64,000 nucleotides of DNA, taken from NCBI GenBank assembly GCA_016201795.1, contig JACQCF010000027.1, positions 45,454 to 109,453 of the forward strand, read 5' to 3'. The DNA is from Candidatus Omnitrophota bacterium (GTDB taxonomy: Bacteria; Omnitrophota; Gorgyraeia; Zapsychrales; Fredricksoniimonadaceae). Below the pieces are notes generated by a model. The model saw only the letters and a list, made by a program, of their open reading frames with translations. It did no database searches and had not been told where the DNA came from. Of the stretch, positions 20,041 through 30,568 are shown one piece after another (within the stretch, counting starts at the first letter, position 1; every line of letters starts with the position of its first letter). The position numbers and the translations under genes were made by a program.

Positions 20041-20607
20041 ATGAAAAACATATGGATTGCTTTAGGAGTTATTGTAGTTTTAGGCTTTGTTGGTTTTAGT
20101 TGGTACCAGGGCGGTTTCAATCAGATGATTGCCTTAGACCAGGGGGTTAAATCCAGCTGGGCTCAGGTGGAAAATCAATTGCAGCGGCGTTTTGACCTTA
20201 TCCCTAATTTGGTGAATACCGTCAAGGGTTATGCTGCTCATGAAAAAAGTATTTTGGAAGAGGTGACCCGTTTAAGAAGCCAGTGGGCTCAGGCCGCGTC
20301 GGTACCTGATAAGGTGGCCGCGGCCAACTCTTTAAGCGGGGCGCTCTCGAGGCTTTTGTTGGTTAGTGAAAATTATCCGAATTTGAAAGCAGATCAAACT
20401 TTCCTGACTTTACAAAGCCAGCTGGAGGGAACGGAGAATCGTATTGCGGTTGAGCGCATGCGTTACAACCAGGCCGTCGAAGCATTCAATTCCTATCAGC
20501 GTTCATTTTTTGGGCGGTATTTTGCCAGTCAGACCGGTTTAAGCGAACCAGCGGTTTATTTTAAAGCGGAAGAAACAGCAAAACAGGTCCCAAAAGTACA
20601 ATTTTAA
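20041..20607 (+). CDS. lemA: LemA family membrane protein
   Basis: N-terminal TM, then NQMIALDQGVKSSWAQVENQLQRRFDLIPNLVNTVKGYAAHEKSIL is the LemA signature. AAGGAG SD 7 nt upstream. The track start at 20020 is a GTG extension. Confidence 0.8.
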   Translation: MKNIWIALGVIVVLGFVGFSWYQGGFNQMIALDQGVKSSWAQVENQLQRRFDLIPNLVNTVKGYAAHEKSILEEVTRLRSQWAQAASVPDKVAAANSLSGALSRLLLVSENYPNLKADQTFLTLQSQLEGTENRIAVERMRYNQAVEAFNSYQRSFFGRYFASQTGLSEPAVYFKAEETAKQVPKVQF

Positions 20608-20608
20608 C

Positions 20609-20635
20609 GTAGGGGCGATTAATAATCGCCCGTAC
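20609..20635. repeat. Hairpin element copy 1: GTAG-GGGCGATT-AAT-AATCGCCC-GTACA
   Basis: Perfect 8-bp GC-rich stem 2 nt after the lemA stop. Shares flanks and stem ends with the copy at 48649-48676. Confidence 0.4.
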
Positions 20636-20649
20636 AAGAAAGAGGGTTT

Positions 20650-22284
20650 ATGTCGTACGAATTAAAGCCTCTGGCCAATTTCCACGGACGTCCGGGCCCT
20701 TTATTGCTGATTATTATGGACGGGGTGGGCATCGGTAAGCGCGATGACAGCGACGGGGTGTTTTTAGCCAAAACGCCGTGTTTGGATGAACTGATGAAAT
20801 CTAAATTCTATACCCCCTTAAAAGCCCACGGCACCGCGGTTGGTATGTCTTCCGACGAGGATATGGGTAACTCTGAGGTCGGCCATAATGCTTTGGGGGC
20901 TGGCCGCGTATTTGACCAGGGGGCCAAGTTGGTGCAACAAGCGATCGATAGCGGCGCCATTTTTCAAACACCTTTATGGCATAGCCTCATTAGCCGCGTG
21001 AAGGATAATAATAAGATTTTTCATTTTATCGGATTGCTTTCCGATGGCAATGTACATTCCCATATTGATCAGTTATTGGCTTTGCTCAAGCGTTGCACGC
21101 AAGAAGAGGTTGAGCGGGTGCGCATTCATGTGCTCTTAGACGGTCGCGATGTTTATGAGAAATCCGCGTTGACGTATATCGACAAGACAGAAAGCCTCCT
21201 CAAAGAGATCAATGCTTCCCATAAAAATTATGATTACTGTATTGCCTCCGGCGGCGGGCGCATGGTGGTGACCATGGACCGTTACAATGCGGATTGGGCT
21301 ATTGTCGAGCGTGGCTGGAAAGCGCATGTCTTAGGCCGTGGTCGACGTTTCAGTTCAGCTCACCAGGCGGTGGAAACTTATTATAAGGAGGACCCTAAAA
21401 TCACCGACCAGTATTTGGATTCTTTTGTCATCGAGGATGACGGCTCACCGGTAGGGACCATTGAAGACGGGGATTCCGTAGTGTTCTTTAATTTCCGTGG
21501 TGACCGCGCTATCGAGTTATCCATGGCTTTTGATAAGAAGGATTTTGATAAATTCGACCGTGTGCGTACACCGGATGTGCTTTTTGCCAGCATGACACAA
21601 TATGATGGTGATTTGTATATTCCTAAGAACTTTCTTGTATCACCACCCAAAATTGACGGGTCCATCGGTGATTATATGTGCGCTAGTGGCATTACTTCTT
21701 TTGCCATTTCGGAGACGCAAAAATACGGCCATGTAACGTATTTTTGGAACGGCAATAAAAGCGGGTATATTGACAATCAACTTGAGACCTATGTGGAAGT
21801 TCCCTCGGATAAAATCCGTTTTGATTTAGCGCCTAAAATGAAGGCCTATGAAATCACGGATAAGGCTATAGAACTTTTAAAAAGCGGTCAATACAAATTC
21901 GGCCGTCTTAATTTTCCCAACGGCGACATGGTTGGTCATACCGGCGTGCCTGAAGCGATCATCATATCCATAGAGACGGTGGATGAGTGCGTGGCCAAAC
22001 TATTAGCGGTGATGAAAGAATTAAACGGTATTGCTGTTGTGTTGGCGGATCACGGCAATGCGGATGAAATGTTTATCATCAAAGACGGCAAAAAACAGGT
22101 GTCTACCGCACATTCGCTTAATCCTGTGCCGTGTGCGATGGTGGATTCCGGCTATAGGGACGAATATGAAATGGCTAAAGTCAATACGCCCGGGCTTGCC
22201 AATGTGGCCGCTACCTTGTTAAACCTTTTAGGGTATGAAGCGCCAAAAGAATACGCGCCTTCATTGATTGAGTTTAAAGCATGA
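20650..22284 (+). CDS. gpmI: 2,3-bisphosphoglycerate-independent phosphoglycerate mutase (iPGM, bacterial type)
   Basis: 544 aa. [16 protein letters not shown]...[20 protein letters not shown] and GDMVGHTG...ADHGNADEM metal-site motifs. Confidence 0.9.
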   Translation: MSYELKPLANFHGRPGPLLLIIMDGVGIGKRDDSDGVFLAKTPCLDELMKSKFYTPLKAHGTAVGMSSDEDMGNSEVGHNALGAGRVFDQGAKLVQQAIDSGAIFQTPLWHSLISRVKDNNKIFHFIGLLSDGNVHSHIDQLLALLKRCTQEEVERVRIHVLLDGRDVYEKSALTYIDKTESLLKEINASHKNYDYCIASGGGRMVVTMDRYNADWAIVERGWKAHVLGRGRRFSSAHQAVETYYKEDPKITDQYLDSFVIEDDGSPVGTIEDGDSVVFFNFRGDRAIELSMAFDKKDFDKFDRVRTPDVLFASMTQYDGDLYIPKNFLVSPPKIDGSIGDYMCASGITSFAISETQKYGHVTYFWNGNKSGYIDNQLETYVEVPSDKIRFDLAPKMKAYEITDKAIELLKSGQYKFGRLNFPNGDMVGHTGVPEAIIISIETVDECVAKLLAVMKELNGIAVVLADHGNADEMFIIKDGKKQVSTAHSLNPVPCAMVDSGYRDEYEMAKVNTPGLANVAATLLNLLGYEAPKEYAPSLIEFKA

Positions 22285-22640
22285 GGATCAACCCGGCAGA
22301 TGTCGTAGAATTTTTTATTCGTTCGTCTGGCCCCGGTGGGCAGAATGTCAATAAGGTGGCCACCTGTGTTGAGCTCTGGCACAGGCCGACGGGCATTAGA
22401 ATCAAATGCCAGAAATATCGCAGCCAACTGTTAAATCGTCAGGAAGCCCGGCGGCTTTTACAGGAAGCCCTTGACCGTAAATATGAGGAAGAGCTCAAGG
22501 CTATAAGACAAAAAAAAGAGAAAATTCAACGAGCTAACCGCCAACGTTCACGATCCGCCAAAGAACGAATGCGCGAGAATAAAAGAAAACAATCGACTAA
22601 AAAATACAATCGCAAGAAATATGGCTACAGCGAAGAATAA
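22281..22640 (+). CDS. arfB: ArfB/YaeJ-like peptidyl-tRNA hydrolase (GGQ domain with basic tail)
   Basis: [21 protein letters not shown] motif plus a long Lys/Arg-rich C-terminal tail. 119 aa. Confidence 0.7.
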   Translation: MRINPADVVEFFIRSSGPGGQNVNKVATCVELWHRPTGIRIKCQKYRSQLLNRQEARRLLQEALDRKYEEELKAIRQKKEKIQRANRQRSRSAKERMRENKRKQSTKKYNRKKYGYSEE

Positions 22641-23088
22641 ACAATCAGGGGCAGGGATGGTGGATATTAGCGATAAGGCCGTCACTAAACGTCGGGCAGT
22701 GGCTGAAGGCACGATTTCTTTTAGGGCCAGGGCTTTTCAAACGCTTATTAAACAAGGTTCTCCTAAAGGTGATGTGTTTGAAACCGCTAAAATCGCCGGC
22801 ATTATGGCGGCCAAATCAACACCGTCGATTATTCCTTTATGTCATCCTTTGAGCCTGGAAAAAGTACGCGTTAGCTTTCAAAAACTCCATTCCAAAAAAG
22901 CGATTAAAGTCACCGCCGAAGTGTTGTGTTTGGCCAAAACAGGGGTGGAGATGGAAGCCCTGAGTGCGGTTTTGGCAGCGTGTTTGACCATTTATGATAT
23001 GAGCAAATGGATGGGGCAGGATATGAAGATTTCGCAAGTGAGGTTAATTCATAAAAGCGGCGGCCAATCAGGAGAGTTTAATCGATGA
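22621..23088 (+). CDS. moaC: Cyclic pyranopterin monophosphate synthase MoaC (true start may be the internal MVDISDK at 22657)
   Basis: [21 protein letters not shown]...[18 protein letters not shown]...IPLCHPL typical of MoaC. Confidence 0.85.
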   Translation: MATAKNKQSGAGMVDISDKAVTKRRAVAEGTISFRARAFQTLIKQGSPKGDVFETAKIAGIMAAKSTPSIIPLCHPLSLEKVRVSFQKLHSKKAIKVTAEVLCLAKTGVEMEALSAVLAACLTIYDMSKWMGQDMKISQVRLIHKSGGQSGEFNR

Positions 23089-23945
23089 TGACCTATTCAC
23101 CTATAGTGTGGATTGCTTTTAACGCGGGAGTAGTGGCTCTTTTATGCTTGGATGCTTTGGTTTTAAACCCCAAAGGCCGTGAAATTACTTTGCGCCGTGC
23201 CCTGGCCACGACAGCCTTTTGGCTTTTGCTGGCTTTATTATTTAATTTAGGGATTTATTTTTGGCTGGGCGATCAAAGAGCTTTGGAATTTTTAACCGCC
23301 TATATGGTAGAGCAGTCTTTAAGTATCGATAACCTTTTTGTGTTCCTGTTGATTTTTGCTTATTTTAAAATATCACCTGCGGATCAGCACCGGGTGTTGT
23401 TGTGGGGGGTCATCAGCGCCCAGATCATGCGGGCGGTTTTTATTATTGGCGGGATAGCCCTGTTGAGTCATTTCCACTGGATGATCTATGTCTTCGGCGT
23501 TATTTTGCTCATCACAGGTCTGAAATTATTTTTTAAGAAAGACCAACGGGTGCATCCCGAACGTAATCCCATCCTTCAAATCATCGGTAAAAATTTACCC
23601 ATCTTTCTGGTTGTGCTGATTGTGATTGAGACCACGGATTTGATTTTTGCCATTGATTCCATCCCCGCGGTTTTAGCCATCACTAAGAATGTTTTCATCG
23701 CGTATTCCTCAAATATCTTTGCGATTTTGGGTTTGCGGGCCATGTATTTTGTGCTGGCTTCTTTTATGAAAATATTCCATTATTTGCATTACGGGCTAGG
23801 GGTGATACTAGTTGCCGTGGGTCTTAAAATGCTTACCGAGCATCTCTGGCCTGTTCCGGTGGTGCTTACCCTTAGCTTTATTCTCTTGACGTTAACCGTG
23901 ACGGTAGTTTTTTCCATCCTATGCCCGCCCAAGGCACAAAAATAA
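23085..23945 (+). CDS. TerC/Alx family integral membrane protein
   Basis: EQSLSIDNLFVFLLIF and AIDSIPAVLAIT...FAILGLRAMYF TerC motifs. Multi-TM. Confidence 0.8.
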   Translation: MMTYSPIVWIAFNAGVVALLCLDALVLNPKGREITLRRALATTAFWLLLALLFNLGIYFWLGDQRALEFLTAYMVEQSLSIDNLFVFLLIFAYFKISPADQHRVLLWGVISAQIMRAVFIIGGIALLSHFHWMIYVFGVILLITGLKLFFKKDQRVHPERNPILQIIGKNLPIFLVVLIVIETTDLIFAIDSIPAVLAITKNVFIAYSSNIFAILGLRAMYFVLASFMKIFHYLHYGLGVILVAVGLKMLTEHLWPVPVVLTLSFILLTLTVTVVFSILCPPKAQK

Positions 23946-25519
23946 TTCAGCCATGGTGGTGGTTTTTAGGTCTTATGGCTGTTGGAGTGGCGATTTTTTT
24001 TCGTTTTTGGCATATCATGGATAACCAATTCCTATTTTATGATGAAGGGATGTACTTAGGGTACAACCGAAGTTTTTTAAATTTAGTTGCGGCTAATCCT
24101 CCCCAAGACCTGCACGATTTATTCATTATTTTAGGATTGATGTTGAAAATTGCTTTAACCACCGCCAAAGCGTTATGGTTTTTTCTGTTGAACTTAAGGG
24201 TTTTTATCACAGGAGCGCAAGGGTGGTATTTTGCCCGTGTGATTTCAGCCATGGCAGGCATAGCCACCATTGTGGTAACGTATCTTTTTGCTCATCGGTA
24301 TTTTCAATCTAAAAAGATCGCGGTTTTAAGCGCGGTATTTTTAAGTCTTTTGCCCAGCCATGTGTTTTATTCCAGGCTTGGCATGCAGGAGTCTTTGAGT
24401 ACTTTATTGTTCCTGACAGCTCTTTATCTCTATTGGTTTGATGGGTCCATAAGTTGGCGCACGATCGTTTCTGCCCTTTTATTGTCCGGTGTATTTTTGA
24501 CTAATTACCGTATGATTATTGCTCCCATTTTTATCGTTGCTATTGAGACTTTTGAGGCCTTTAAAAATTATGGCTCTATTCATTGGAAAAAATTGATAGT
24601 GTACATAGCTGTTTTTTGTACCACCACCTTTTGGATAGGTTCTTTATACGGCGGTGTTAATCGTTATGTAACTATTAACTGGATGTTTCATCAGGCTCAG
24701 CAGGCCAAGATAGGGTGGAGTTTACTCAATTTGTTTTCCTATCCCTATGAGGTGTTTGCTCTGGAAAGCCTTTTGTTTGGTTTGATATTTTGGGCTAATA
24801 TGTATTTGATTATTCAAAGACAATGGCTCAGACTTTTGCCTTTTGTTCTAGTACTTCTTCAAATGGGGATGTTTTCTTTAGCCGCCGAGCAAGGAGCGAG
24901 GTATCTGTGCGTGGTCTTGCCTTTGATGGCGATCGCCGCGGCCGTAAGTGCGGATTATTTTTTAGGATTGTCCCGAAAGTGGTTTTATGCTCTGGTCGTC
25001 ACCATCGTCTTATCGTGTGGGATGATGGGTATACAGTCTTTGAACATTGTTTTTTCCCGTACGGATTATGCGGAGGCTGTCCATCTTATTTTAAGGCATG
25101 ATCCCAAAGCCAAAATGCTCTCGACCCAGCCTTTGGTTGAGCAGCTTTATGTGGAAAATGAGAATCTCATCAAAGATTGTCCGCATCATCTGCAGGATTT
25201 GATTAACCTTTACAGTCAAGATTATGATTATTTGATTTTAGATCCGCAAGCATATATTTCCTGGACCAAAGATACAGATCATTTCAGTCCACCTTTAATT
25301 GATTTTTTAGAATTTATTCATGCCCAGGTGCCGCCCGTGGCTGTCTTGGAGCATCTCAATGGTGTTCTGTTAAAACGTTTTGTTTGGGATCACAACCGGA
25401 ATTTTGTACAATCGATTAAATTTTTAAATTTAGCTCCACAGGCCGGCTACGGTCAGATTCGAATTTATGATATTGGCCAGTCTTTAATGATGCTTAAAAA
25501 ATATAAAATCTTACGATAA
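23921..25519 (+). CDS. GT-C fold membrane glycosyltransferase (ArnT/PMT, GT39/GT83-like)
   Basis: 532 aa. ~11 N-terminal TM helices with a periplasmic C-terminal domain. FYDEGMYLGY in the first loop is reminiscent of the ArnT/PMT catalytic loop. Confidence 0.55.
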   Translation: MPAQGTKIIQPWWWFLGLMAVGVAIFFRFWHIMDNQFLFYDEGMYLGYNRSFLNLVAANPPQDLHDLFIILGLMLKIALTTAKALWFFLLNLRVFITGAQGWYFARVISAMAGIATIVVTYLFAHRYFQSKKIAVLSAVFLSLLPSHVFYSRLGMQESLSTLLFLTALYLYWFDGSISWRTIVSALLLSGVFLTNYRMIIAPIFIVAIETFEAFKNYGSIHWKKLIVYIAVFCTTTFWIGSLYGGVNRYVTINWMFHQAQQAKIGWSLLNLFSYPYEVFALESLLFGLIFWANMYLIIQRQWLRLLPFVLVLLQMGMFSLAAEQGARYLCVVLPLMAIAAAVSADYFLGLSRKWFYALVVTIVLSCGMMGIQSLNIVFSRTDYAEAVHLILRHDPKAKMLSTQPLVEQLYVENENLIKDCPHHLQDLINLYSQDYDYLILDPQAYISWTKDTDHFSPPLIDFLEFIHAQVPPVAVLEHLNGVLLKRFVWDHNRNFVQSIKFLNLAPQAGYGQIRIYDIGQSLMMLKKYKILR

Positions 25520-25574
25520 TTGGAACATTTGCTATAATGCACGCTGTTGCTTAAAATATTAATGAAGGATCGTT

Positions 25575-27581
25575 ATGACTTATGAACAGTTTATTACTCC
25601 CATAGAAAATTTTGAGGCCAGTTACGCCAAGGATATTACACCGACGAGTTATTTCGGTTTTCCGATTGCCCCGATTTTGGAAGCCGAATCCAAATTAGCC
25701 AACCATCAGGACAAATCCGTGGCCTATTTTTCCATGGAATACGGTCTGGCGCCTAGTGTTTATAATTCTTTTATTCCCAGCAAACCCATGAGTGAGAAAA
25801 ATAAATATTTTATCCATGAAGTGTTCTCTAATTATTGGCTTTCGGACTATGTTTTTAAAATTAATATCAATAAAATGCTTGATATTCCTATTTACAGCGG
25901 CGGTTTGGGGGTTTTAGCGGGGGATACGGTCAAAAGTATTGCCGATTTAGGGTTATCCGTGGTTGCTTTAGGGGTGTTGTGGAATAAAGGTTATTTTAAA
26001 CAGAATTTTTGGTATAAGTATGGCCAGGTGCCGGAAGAGTTATCATGGGATCCTCACTCCTATCCCGGGCTGATTCCTTTAAAAAACCGTGTGGTCATGC
26101 CCACTAAAGAGGGTGATTTGATTCTACGTTTATGGAAGTATTATGTTTACAGTTATGATAAAAAATATGTGTGTCCTTTGGTCTTGTTGGATTCAAATTT
26201 ACCCAAGAACAGTGAGCATTTCAGACAATTGACAGATCAGCTTTACCGCAGTGATCATGTTTCCTGGCGCATTTTTCAGCGTTCCATTTTAGGCGTTGGC
26301 GGCATGAAAGCGCTGGAAGAGTTAAAGCTCAAGATTGATTGTTATCATCTCAATGAAGGCCATGCCGCTTTTGCTTTGGTAGAGAAATACGTCAGTCTCA
26401 AAGATAAATCTCAAATGGATGTAGAGAAAAAGAAGTTTGTTTATACTTGTCATACACCGGTGGCCGCCGGGCACGACCGTTTTGGCATTCATGATATTGA
26501 AAATCTTTTTCCTGATGACTATGTACAGGCAGCCAAAAAATTTGGTAAAGAGAATCAAAATTCTGATAACGTTAACCTAACTTATATTTGTTTGGATAAT
26601 TGCCGTCATACCAATGCCGTGGCCCAAAAGCATGGGGATATTATGCGTTTGCAGTTTCCTGATTTTGCCAGCCGTATTGATGCAATTACCAATGGTGTTC
26701 ACGTGCATACCTGGGTTTCGGAAAATTTTGCCAACCTTTTTGATAAATATAATAACATTTTTGGTGATTGGCGCCGGAGTCCCCAGAATTTAGAACAGGT
26801 CATGCAACTAGCCTCGGATGAAAATTTTCGACGAGACCTTTTTGCTGCGCATCAGGCGAATAAACGTTCTTTCTTAAACGTTATTAAATCCTGGAAATTG
26901 GAAGAAGATGTTTTAACCATCAGCTGGGCCAGGCGTATCGCTGGCTATAAACGTCCATCGCTATTGTTTCATCACATTGATCAGATATTGGATTTGGCTT
27001 ATAAGGTGGGGCCTTTACAGATTATTTTAGCCGGCAAATCGCACCCGAATGATAATATTGGTGCGGCGCATATTCAGGATATCCTTAATCACATTGACCA
27101 GCTGAATAAACATTACAAGGTCATTAAAGTTTTAATTTTAGAAAATTACGATACTTATTTCGGTAAATTATTGACGAATTCCGTGGATGTATGGCTTAAT
27201 AACCCTTTGCCGCCGTTTGAGGCCTCGGGTACCAGTGGCATGAAGGCGATTTTAAACGGGGTGGTGCAATTATCCACACTGGATGGATGGGTGGTGGAAG
27301 CCGCCAAAGACAATGTGGGCTGGATTTTTGGTTATGAGCATCATGGCCTTGACATTGGCGATGAATCCCGGTTGCGTTTAGATGAAGATTCTTTGGCGCT
27401 TTATGTGGCTCTTAAAAAAGTGGCGACGCTTTATTATCAAACTAATAAACGTGGCGTTATTGATTTACAAAGTCAGTGGATTGATAAAATGATCAATTGT
27501 ATTCGACGCGCAGCGTTTTTTAATACACAAAGAATGGTGGAAGAATACAGTCAAAAAATGTGGAATAACGGTAAGGCGTGA
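25575..27581 (+). CDS. Alpha-glucan (glycogen/maltodextrin) phosphorylase, GT35 short form
   Basis: AYFSMEYGL...[12 protein letters not shown], and the PLP region [10 protein letters not shown] with the lysine. 668 aa. Confidence 0.8.
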   Translation: MTYEQFITPIENFEASYAKDITPTSYFGFPIAPILEAESKLANHQDKSVAYFSMEYGLAPSVYNSFIPSKPMSEKNKYFIHEVFSNYWLSDYVFKININKMLDIPIYSGGLGVLAGDTVKSIADLGLSVVALGVLWNKGYFKQNFWYKYGQVPEELSWDPHSYPGLIPLKNRVVMPTKEGDLILRLWKYYVYSYDKKYVCPLVLLDSNLPKNSEHFRQLTDQLYRSDHVSWRIFQRSILGVGGMKALEELKLKIDCYHLNEGHAAFALVEKYVSLKDKSQMDVEKKKFVYTCHTPVAAGHDRFGIHDIENLFPDDYVQAAKKFGKENQNSDNVNLTYICLDNCRHTNAVAQKHGDIMRLQFPDFASRIDAITNGVHVHTWVSENFANLFDKYNNIFGDWRRSPQNLEQVMQLASDENFRRDLFAAHQANKRSFLNVIKSWKLEEDVLTISWARRIAGYKRPSLLFHHIDQILDLAYKVGPLQIILAGKSHPNDNIGAAHIQDILNHIDQLNKHYKVIKVLILENYDTYFGKLLTNSVDVWLNNPLPPFEASGTSGMKAILNGVVQLSTLDGWVVEAAKDNVGWIFGYEHHGLDIGDESRLRLDEDSLALYVALKKVATLYYQTNKRGVIDLQSQWIDKMINCIRRAAFFNTQRMVEEYSQKMWNNGKA

Positions 27582-27603
27582 GGGGTTAAGGGCGGGAAAA
27601 TTT

Positions 27604-28419
27604 ATGAAGCAGTATTTGGATTTAGTCAGATACATTTTAGATCATGGCGAAAAAAAAGAAGACCGTACCGGTACCGGTACAGTTTCTGTTTTCGGCTATC
27701 AGAGTAAATACGATCTACGGGATGGTTTTCCCATTTTAACGACGAAAAAAGTGCTTTTCGACGCTGTTGCGTGGGAATTGTTGTGGTTTTTGCGCGGTTC
27801 AACGAACATTAAGGATGATTTAACCGGGCATACGCCCATCTGGAATGCTTGGGCCAAAGAAAACGGCGAATTGGGGCCGGTTTACGGTTATCAATGGCGC
27901 AAATGGGAGAAATTTGTCTGGGATGATAAGAAGCAAGCTTATCGAAAAGAACATATCGATCAGATTGCGCGGGCTCTTGAATTGATTAAGAAGAATCCTA
28001 ATTCTCGTCGAATTATTGTCAGCGCCTGGAATGTGGCGGATATTGACCGTATGGCGCTTCCGCCGTGTCATACGTTTTTTCAGTTTTATGTGGTGAGCGG
28101 CCGTTTGGATTGCCAGCTGTATCAACGCTCGGCGGATGTGGCTTTAGGTGTGCCTTTTAATATCGCCAGCTATGCGCTTTTAATGAGTATGATGGCTCAG
28201 GAATGCGGTTTAACCCCTGGTATTCTTACTCACACCCTGGGGGATGCTCATATTTATTTGAATCATATGGAGGGACTTAAAGTTCAGCTTGAGCGCACCC
28301 TGGGACCTTTGCCTCGTCTGGAAATTCCCAGGAAGAAAGTTTTAGAGTATTGTTTTGAAGACATTAAACTCATCGGCTATCAGCCGGCTGGATTTATTAA
28401 GTTTCCAATAGCTGTTTAA
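27604..28419 (+). CDS. thyA: Thymidylate synthase
   Basis: RTGTGT...[12 protein letters not shown] active-site Cys motif and [14 protein letters not shown]. Confidence 0.9.
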   Translation: MKQYLDLVRYILDHGEKKEDRTGTGTVSVFGYQSKYDLRDGFPILTTKKVLFDAVAWELLWFLRGSTNIKDDLTGHTPIWNAWAKENGELGPVYGYQWRKWEKFVWDDKKQAYRKEHIDQIARALELIKKNPNSRRIIVSAWNVADIDRMALPPCHTFFQFYVVSGRLDCQLYQRSADVALGVPFNIASYALLMSMMAQECGLTPGILTHTLGDAHIYLNHMEGLKVQLERTLGPLPRLEIPRKKVLEYCFEDIKLIGYQPAGFIKFPIAV

Positions 28420-28423
28420 TACA

Positions 28424-28498
28424 GTGTCATTGCGAAGAGTGAAACGACGAAGTAATCTTTTCAAAAGATTACTTCACTACGTTCGTTCGCAATGACAC
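28424..28498. repeat. 75-nt imperfect long hairpin between thyA and folA
   Basis: GTGTCATTGCGAA...AAGTAATCTTTT / CAAAAGATTACTT...TTCGCAATGACAC. Outer 13-bp and inner 12-bp stems are perfect, with an asymmetric internal loop. Confidence 0.5.
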
Positions 28499-28513
28499 AA
28501 TTATATACAAATT

Positions 28514-29041
28514 ATGAAACCTTTTTCAATGGTGGTAGCCATGGATGAAAGAAATGGCATAGGCAAAGCCGGTGGTTTGGCCTGGGGCTTATCCGCGGAT
28601 TTAAAACATTTTAAAGAAGTAACTACCCGTACGGGCGGCCATGGCCAAATCAATGCCGTGATCATGGGCCGTAAAACCTGGGATTCTTTGCCAGAGAAGT
28701 TTAAGCCTTTGCCGGGTAGACTCAATATTATTTTGACAGCTCAAAAAGGCATTGTTTTTCCTTCAAGGGTGTTAAATTTTTCGAGTTTAGACGAGGCTTT
28801 AAAGAAAATAAATCAGCTTTCTGAAATTGAAAATGTTTTTGTTATAGGGGGAGCCCAGGTCTATAGTCAGGCGATCGTTCATTTGGCCTGTGGGCAGCTT
28901 TATGTAACGTATTTAAAAGGCGATTTTGCTTGTGATGTTTTTTTTCCTGTGATACCAGCTTCGTTTAAACTTGTCGAATCATCTCCTTGGTTTTGCGAAA
29001 GCGCTATCCAATACCGCTTTTGCCAGTATCAAAAAGTTTAG
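28514..29041 (+). CDS. folA: Dihydrofolate reductase
   Basis: MVVAMDERNGIGKAGGLAW...DLKHFKEVT...VIMGRKTWDSL...VIGGAQVY DHFR motifs. thyA-folA pairing. Confidence 0.8.
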   Translation: MKPFSMVVAMDERNGIGKAGGLAWGLSADLKHFKEVTTRTGGHGQINAVIMGRKTWDSLPEKFKPLPGRLNIILTAQKGIVFPSRVLNFSSLDEALKKINQLSEIENVFVIGGAQVYSQAIVHLACGQLYVTYLKGDFACDVFFPVIPASFKLVESSPWFCESAIQYRFCQYQKV

Positions 29042-29145
29042 TTTAATCAGATTTATCTTATTTAAACTCTTGCGGATACAGCCAGGAAATGCTATGCTAT
29101 ATACGTCTAAAAGAGAAGTATTTGACTCTAAGTAAGGGAGGAAAT

Positions 29146-29703
29146 ATGGACATTAAAATACTCATTCAAAGTACACCGAACCCCAACGCTCTTAAATTTG
29201 TGCTAAATATTCCAGTCAAAAGCGAAGGCAAAGCGACGTACAAAAACGCGGATCAGTCCCAGCGCAATCCTCTGGCAGCGGCTTTGTTTACGGTGCCTAA
29301 TGTCAGCGAAGTTTATTTCTTTGATAACTATGTTACGGTCACCCAGGATGGTTCAGTGGATTGGGATGCTATTGAGGATCAAATTAAGAAGATTATCCTC
29401 GAATATGCCCCTGATCATGACTCCAATTTTCAAGTGGAAGAAACCAAAAAGCCGACGGTTGTTTCGGATAATCCTGACATTGGCAAGATCAACGAAATTC
29501 TAGACCGTACCATACGGCCAGCTTTACAGATGGACGGGGGAGATTTGCAGGTGATCTCTTTGGAAGATAATTTGCTCTTGGTGAATTATCAAGGAGCCTG
29601 TGGTTCGTGTCCGAGTTCTACCGCAGGGACTTTGAAGGCGATTGAAGGCATTTTAAGGGATGAGTATAATCCCGAAATTTCTGTGGAAGCAGCAGTGGTC
29701 TAA
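29146..29703 (+). CDS. nfuA: Nfu-type Fe-S cluster carrier (Nfu_N plus NifU C-terminal domain)
   Basis: GGGAGG SD. The N-terminal domain begins MDIKILIQSTPNPNALKFVL. C-terminal CGSCPSSTAGT CxxC motif. Confidence 0.75.
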   Translation: MDIKILIQSTPNPNALKFVLNIPVKSEGKATYKNADQSQRNPLAAALFTVPNVSEVYFFDNYVTVTQDGSVDWDAIEDQIKKIILEYAPDHDSNFQVEETKKPTVVSDNPDIGKINEILDRTIRPALQMDGGDLQVISLEDNLLLVNYQGACGSCPSSTAGTLKAIEGILRDEYNPEISVEAAVV

Positions 29704-29730
29704 CCTCGCCAAAAATCGCGGGCAAGGGAG

Positions 29731-30084
29731 GTGTGTCAAATGACAATAATAACTGACTTTTCCAAGAAAAAATGTTTGCCCTGCGAAGGCATTGGCCGGG
29801 CCATGACCAAACAGGAGGCCTTGGATCATTTAAAAGATTTTCCAGGATGGGTTTTGGCTGACGACGGCAAAAGCATGGAACGTCCGTATACTCTTAAGAA
29901 TTTTGTGGAGGCGGTGGATAGGATTAACCGTATCAAAGACATTGCCGAAGCCGAAGGCCATCATCCGGATTTGCATTTAACCGGTTATAAACGTTTGAAG
30001 GTGGTTTTATATACGCATGCGCTAGGCGGGATTACGGAAAACGATTTGATTGTAGCGGCAAAAATCAACCAGTTGGTGGGGTAG
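29731..30084 (+). CDS. Pterin-4a-carbinolamine dehydratase
   Basis: AEGHHPDLHLTGYKRLKVVLYTHALGGITEND matches the PCD [EH]xHHPDxxxx[YW]...H...D signature. Confidence 0.75.
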   Translation: MCQMTIITDFSKKKCLPCEGIGRAMTKQEALDHLKDFPGWVLADDGKSMERPYTLKNFVEAVDRINRIKDIAEAEGHHPDLHLTGYKRLKVVLYTHALGGITENDLIVAAKINQLVG

Positions 30085-30087
30085 CCT

Positions 30088-30558
30088 ATGTTTAAGATTA
30101 ACCGAAAATTAGAATACGCTTTAATTTCCTTAAGGCATATGAGTGCCAAAACACCGGGGCAGCTGACCTCCGCCAAAGAGGTTTGTGATATTTATCACAT
30201 GCCTTTTGATCCGACCTCGCGTGTTTTGCAGATTATGGCCCAACATGAAATCGTTCGGGCCGAACAGGGCGCGCATGGCGGTTATCAAATTTTAAAAGAC
30301 CTTTCGAAAATCACACTTTACGATTTAACGCAGATCATCGAAGGGCCAATTCAGATTGTTAATTGTTTTCATGGTAATTATTCACATTGCGATATGACCG
30401 CCAACTGTAACGTGATATCGCCAATGCTTAATCTCAACGAGAAGATTGCGGTCCTTTTTAAGGCGATTAACGTGCGGGAATTGATTCAGTCCCACAATCA
30501 AGGCGAGAAGCAAATTCGAAGCAAGCCGATTTTAATGGCTTCTTCAAAAGAAGAATAG
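30088..30558 (+). CDS. Rrf2-family transcriptional regulator with three clustered Cys (IscR/SufR-like Fe-S sensor)
   Basis: N-terminal wHTH ([12 protein letters not shown]...[10 protein letters not shown]). C-terminal [15 protein letters not shown] gives C-x8-C-x5-C ligands. Directly upstream of sufB. Confidence 0.75.
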   Translation: MFKINRKLEYALISLRHMSAKTPGQLTSAKEVCDIYHMPFDPTSRVLQIMAQHEIVRAEQGAHGGYQILKDLSKITLYDLTQIIEGPIQIVNCFHGNYSHCDMTANCNVISPMLNLNEKIAVLFKAINVRELIQSHNQGEKQIRSKPILMASSKEE

Positions 30559-30568
30559 AGAGTGTTCT

